Shown here in pieces: positions 61,290 to 64,000 of a stretch of 64,000 nt of DNA; position 1 is the first letter of the stretch; every line of letters starts with the position of its first letter. Source of the DNA: Propioniciclava sp. (lineage in GTDB: Bacteria; Actinomycetota; Actinomycetes; Propionibacteriales; Propionibacteriaceae). The stretch covers positions 9,056-73,055 of the forward strand of contig NZ_JARKOT010000015.1 of assembly GCF_029977985.1 (NCBI RefSeq), read 5' to 3'. The notes beneath the pieces were generated by a model. It saw only the letters and a list, made by a program, of their open reading frames with translations, did not search any database and was not told the DNA's origin. Position numbers and translations under genes: made by a program.

Positions 61290-63332
61290 GTGAGTGTGGC
61301 GGAAACGCTGAAGCGGCTGCTCGTGGGGCGAAAGCTCGCCAGCACCCAGTTGGGGGAGACGTTGCTCCCCAAGCGCATCGCGCTGCCGGTGTTCGCATCG
61401 GACGCCTTGTCGTCGGTCGCGTACGCCCCCGACGAGATCCTGCTCACCCTGAGTCTCGCCGGCCTCGCCGGCTACGCCTTCGACTGGCCGGTGGCGATCG
61501 CCGTGGCCGTCGTCATGCTCGTGGTGGTGCTCTCCTACCGGCAGACCGTGCACGCCTACCCCTCGGGGGGCGGCGACTACGAGGTGGTCGGCGTCAACCT
61601 CGGCCCGAAGTGGGGCCTCGTCGTCGCGAGCGCGCTGTTCGTCGACTACATCTTGACCGTCGCGGTTTCGGTGAGCTCGGGCGTCCAGAACGCCAAGGCG
61701 GTGTTCCCGCAGATCGTGGGCTTCGAGGGCATCACGGCCGCGGTGCTCATCGTGGTCCTCATGGGCATGAACCTGCGCGGCGTCCGCGAGTCGGGGCGCT
61801 TCTTCGCGATCCCTACCTACGGCTTCATGATCGCGGTGATCGGGATGACCGCGTGGGGGCTGACGCGCATCTTCGTGCTCGGCGAGCCGTTGTCCGCGCC
61901 CACCGCCGAGTACGACATCGTCGGCAACGACTTCTACTCATCGCTGAGCGGGTTCGCGCTCGTCGCGCTGCTCGCCCGGTCGTTCTCGTCGGGCTGCGCC
62001 GCCCTGACCGGTGTCGAGGCGATCAGCAACGGCGTCCCCGCCTTCAAGGAGCCGAAGAGCCGCAACGCAGCCACCACGCTCGGCCTGCTCGGCACCATCG
62101 CGATCGGCATGCTGGGCGGCATCATCACGCTCGCGAGCCTCACGGGTGCGAAGCTCGTCGACGAGACCGGCGGCGTCGTGTTCACGCACGAGGGCGAGCC
62201 GGTCGAGGGCCACACCGACACGATCATGGGCCAGCTCGCGGGCACCGTGTTCGACAACTTCTACCCGGGCTTCCTGTTCGTCATCGCCATGACGATGATC
62301 ATCTTGTTCCTGGCAGCGAACACGGCCTTCAACGGTTTCCCGGTGCTGGGATCGATCCTCGCCCGCGACGGCTACATGCCACGCGCCCTGCACACGCGCG
62401 GCGACCGGCTCGCCTACAGCAACGGCATCATCTTGTTGTCGGTGGCCGCGTGCGCGCTCGTGCTCGTGTTCAACGCGTCGGTGACCGCGCTGATCCAGCT
62501 CTACGTCGTCGGCGTGTTCGTGTCGTTCACCCTGAGCCAGATCGGCATGCTGCGGCACTGGACGCGGCACCTCGCCGTCGAGACCGATCCGGCGGCGCGG
62601 GCGCACATGGTGCGCAGCCGGGCCATCAACGCGATCGGCGCCACGTGCACCGGTGTCGTGCTCGTCATCGTGCTGGCCGCCAAGTTCCTCTACGGCGCCT
62701 ACCTGACGATCGTGGCCATGGCGATCGTGTTCGCCATCATGAGCGCGATCCGGCGCCACTACACCAAGGTGGCGGACGAGACCGCGCTCGTGGCCTCCGA
62801 GACCCGCACGCTGCCGAGCCGCGTGCACGCCGTCATCCTCGTGTTCGAGTTGAACAAGCCGACGATCCGGGCCCTCAACTTCGCGAAAGCGAGTCGGGCC
62901 AACAGCATCGAGGCCGTGGCCGTGGCGTCCGACGAGGAGGTCGTCGAGAAGCTGCGGAACGACTGGGAGGAGCTCAACCCCGGCATCACGCTCAAGGTGC
63001 TCGCCTCGCCGTACCGCGAGGTCGTCAACCCGTTCCTGACCTACGTGAAGAGTCTCCGCTCCGGCAACCCCCGTGACGTGATCATGGTCTACCTGCCGGA
63101 GTTGGTCGTCGGCCATTGGTGGGAGCGGCTGCTTCACAACCAGACCGGACTGCTCATCAAGTCGCGCCTGGCGTTCGTGCCGGGCGTCATGGTCACCGCC
63201 GTGCCCTACCAGCTCGCCTCCAGCGCCTACGCGCTCGAACGGGCAGTCCGCAGCGACGAGACGGGGGCCGCCTGGCGTCGTCCGGGTCGGGGTCAGGTGC
63301 ACACCGGGGCGCGTCCGGACGCGGATGAGTGA
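61290..63332 (+). CDS. APC-superfamily permease, KimA/YdaO-like (probable K+ transporter)
   Basis: FASDALSSVAYA, YPSGGG, TGVEAISNG, SPYRE, LLHNQT. Confidence 0.87.
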   Translation: MSVAETLKRLLVGRKLASTQLGETLLPKRIALPVFASDALSSVAYAPDEILLTLSLAGLAGYAFDWPVAIAVAVVMLVVVLSYRQTVHAYPSGGGDYEVVGVNLGPKWGLVVASALFVDYILTVAVSVSSGVQNAKAVFPQIVGFEGITAAVLIVVLMGMNLRGVRESGRFFAIPTYGFMIAVIGMTAWGLTRIFVLGEPLSAPTAEYDIVGNDFYSSLSGFALVALLARSFSSGCAALTGVEAISNGVPAFKEPKSRNAATTLGLLGTIAIGMLGGIITLASLTGAKLVDETGGVVFTHEGEPVEGHTDTIMGQLAGTVFDNFYPGFLFVIAMTMIILFLAANTAFNGFPVLGSILARDGYMPRALHTRGDRLAYSNGIILLSVAACALVLVFNASVTALIQLYVVGVFVSFTLSQIGMLRHWTRHLAVETDPAARAHMVRSRAINAIGATCTGVVLVIVLAAKFLYGAYLTIVAMAIVFAIMSAIRRHYTKVADETALVASETRTLPSRVHAVILVFELNKPTIRALNFAKASRANSIEAVAVASDEEVVEKLRNDWEELNPGITLKVLASPYREVVNPFLTYVKSLRSGNPRDVIMVYLPELVVGHWWERLLHNQTGLLIKSRLAFVPGVMVTAVPYQLASSAYALERAVRSDETGAAWRRPGRGQVHTGARPDADE

Positions 63333-64000
63333 TCTCGCCGTCGGGGACGTCGTCGGCCCCCTCACGGTCGGACGGGTCGCCCACGGCGGCCACTGGGTCG
63401 CCCGCCACGAGGGGCGGGTCGTCTTCGTGCGGCACGCGCTGGAGGGCGAGGTCGTCCGCGTGCGGATCACCGAGGTCGCCAAGAGATTCGCGCGCGGGGA
63501 TGCGGTGGAGGTACGGGTCGCCTCCGCGCACCGCGTCGAACCGCCGTGCCCCGTGGCGGGCGCGTGCGGCGGCTGCGACCTGCAGCACGTCGACCTCGCC
63601 CACCAGCGCGAGCTCAAGCGGCAGGTGGTCGCCGAACAGCTGACGCGGTTGGCCGGTGTCGGCTGGGACGGCACCGTGGAGGACTGCGGCCCGGGGACAG
63701 GACTCGGCTGGCGGACGCGCGTGCGCTACGTCTCGGACGGCACGTCTTGGGGCCTGCGCGGTCACCGGTCACACGCCGTGGTCGCCGTGCCGCCGGGGGG
63801 CTGCCGCATCGCCCGGCCCGGGCTGGCGGAGCCCGGCGCGGAGGTGGCGGCGGGAGCCGCGGGGGAACAACTGCTCGGTGTCGAGTCCTCGGACGGGCCG
63901 GTGTGGGCGGATCCGGCGGGCGACACGGTCGTGCGGCAGCGATTCGCCGGCCGGGACCACGCCGTGCACGCCGGCGGGTTCTGGCAGGTACACCCGCGCG
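63325..64000 (+). CDS. TRAM-domain RNA (uracil-5)-methyltransferase, RlmD-like (3' truncated by window)
   Basis: Translated by hand from ATG 63325: VAHGGHWVAR...VFVRHALEGE, CPVAGACGGCDLQH, and GFWQVH at the window end; absent from the ORF track because there is no stop. Confidence 0.88.
   Translation, partial: MSDLAVGDVVGPLTVGRVAHGGHWVARHEGRVVFVRHALEGEVVRVRITEVAKRFARGDAVEVRVASAHRVEPPCPVAGACGGCDLQHVDLAHQRELKRQVVAEQLTRLAGVGWDGTVEDCGPGTGLGWRTRVRYVSDGTSWGLRGHRSHAVVAVPPGGCRIARPGLAEPGAEVAAGAAGEQLLGVESSDGPVWADPAGDTVVRQRFAGRDHAVHAGGFWQVHPR

Overview
A ~71% GC core-chromosome segment from an actinobacterium. Gene order and protein style suggest Propionibacteriales (e.g. Propionibacteriaceae); this is inference. 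It runs pgsA-cinA-clgR-like-recA-recX-miaB-miaA-dapF-hflX, a DinG-type helicase, an ABC exporter, lexA with a divergent SOS gene, nrdR-nrdJ, an amino-acid ABC importer, two S9 peptidases, hrpA, sigB and sigA, topoisomerase IV (parE/parC, convergent), tdk, sepH, dut, two trkA genes, a KimA-like permease and a TRAM methyltransferase cut by the window end. I see no rRNA, tRNA, CRISPR, transposase, prophage or intein, and no clear large new system. The most informative signal is regulatory: LexA boxes, a perfect PafBC-type promoter at recA, four SigH/SigR-type ECF promoters, an MprA-type box at sigB, NrdR boxes with a phased DnaA-like array, and many leaderless genes. The best novelty candidates are small accessory genes: a LysM-less SOS membrane protein, an ECF-controlled Cys/His microprotein, a GNAT coupled to sigA, a macrodomain plus HTH-less LysR pair, a duplicated 4-Cys lipoprotein and a GT-C-like membrane protein between parE and parC. 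Many starts were re-called by eye from RBS or -10 evidence. Family names come from motif recognition, not database searches.
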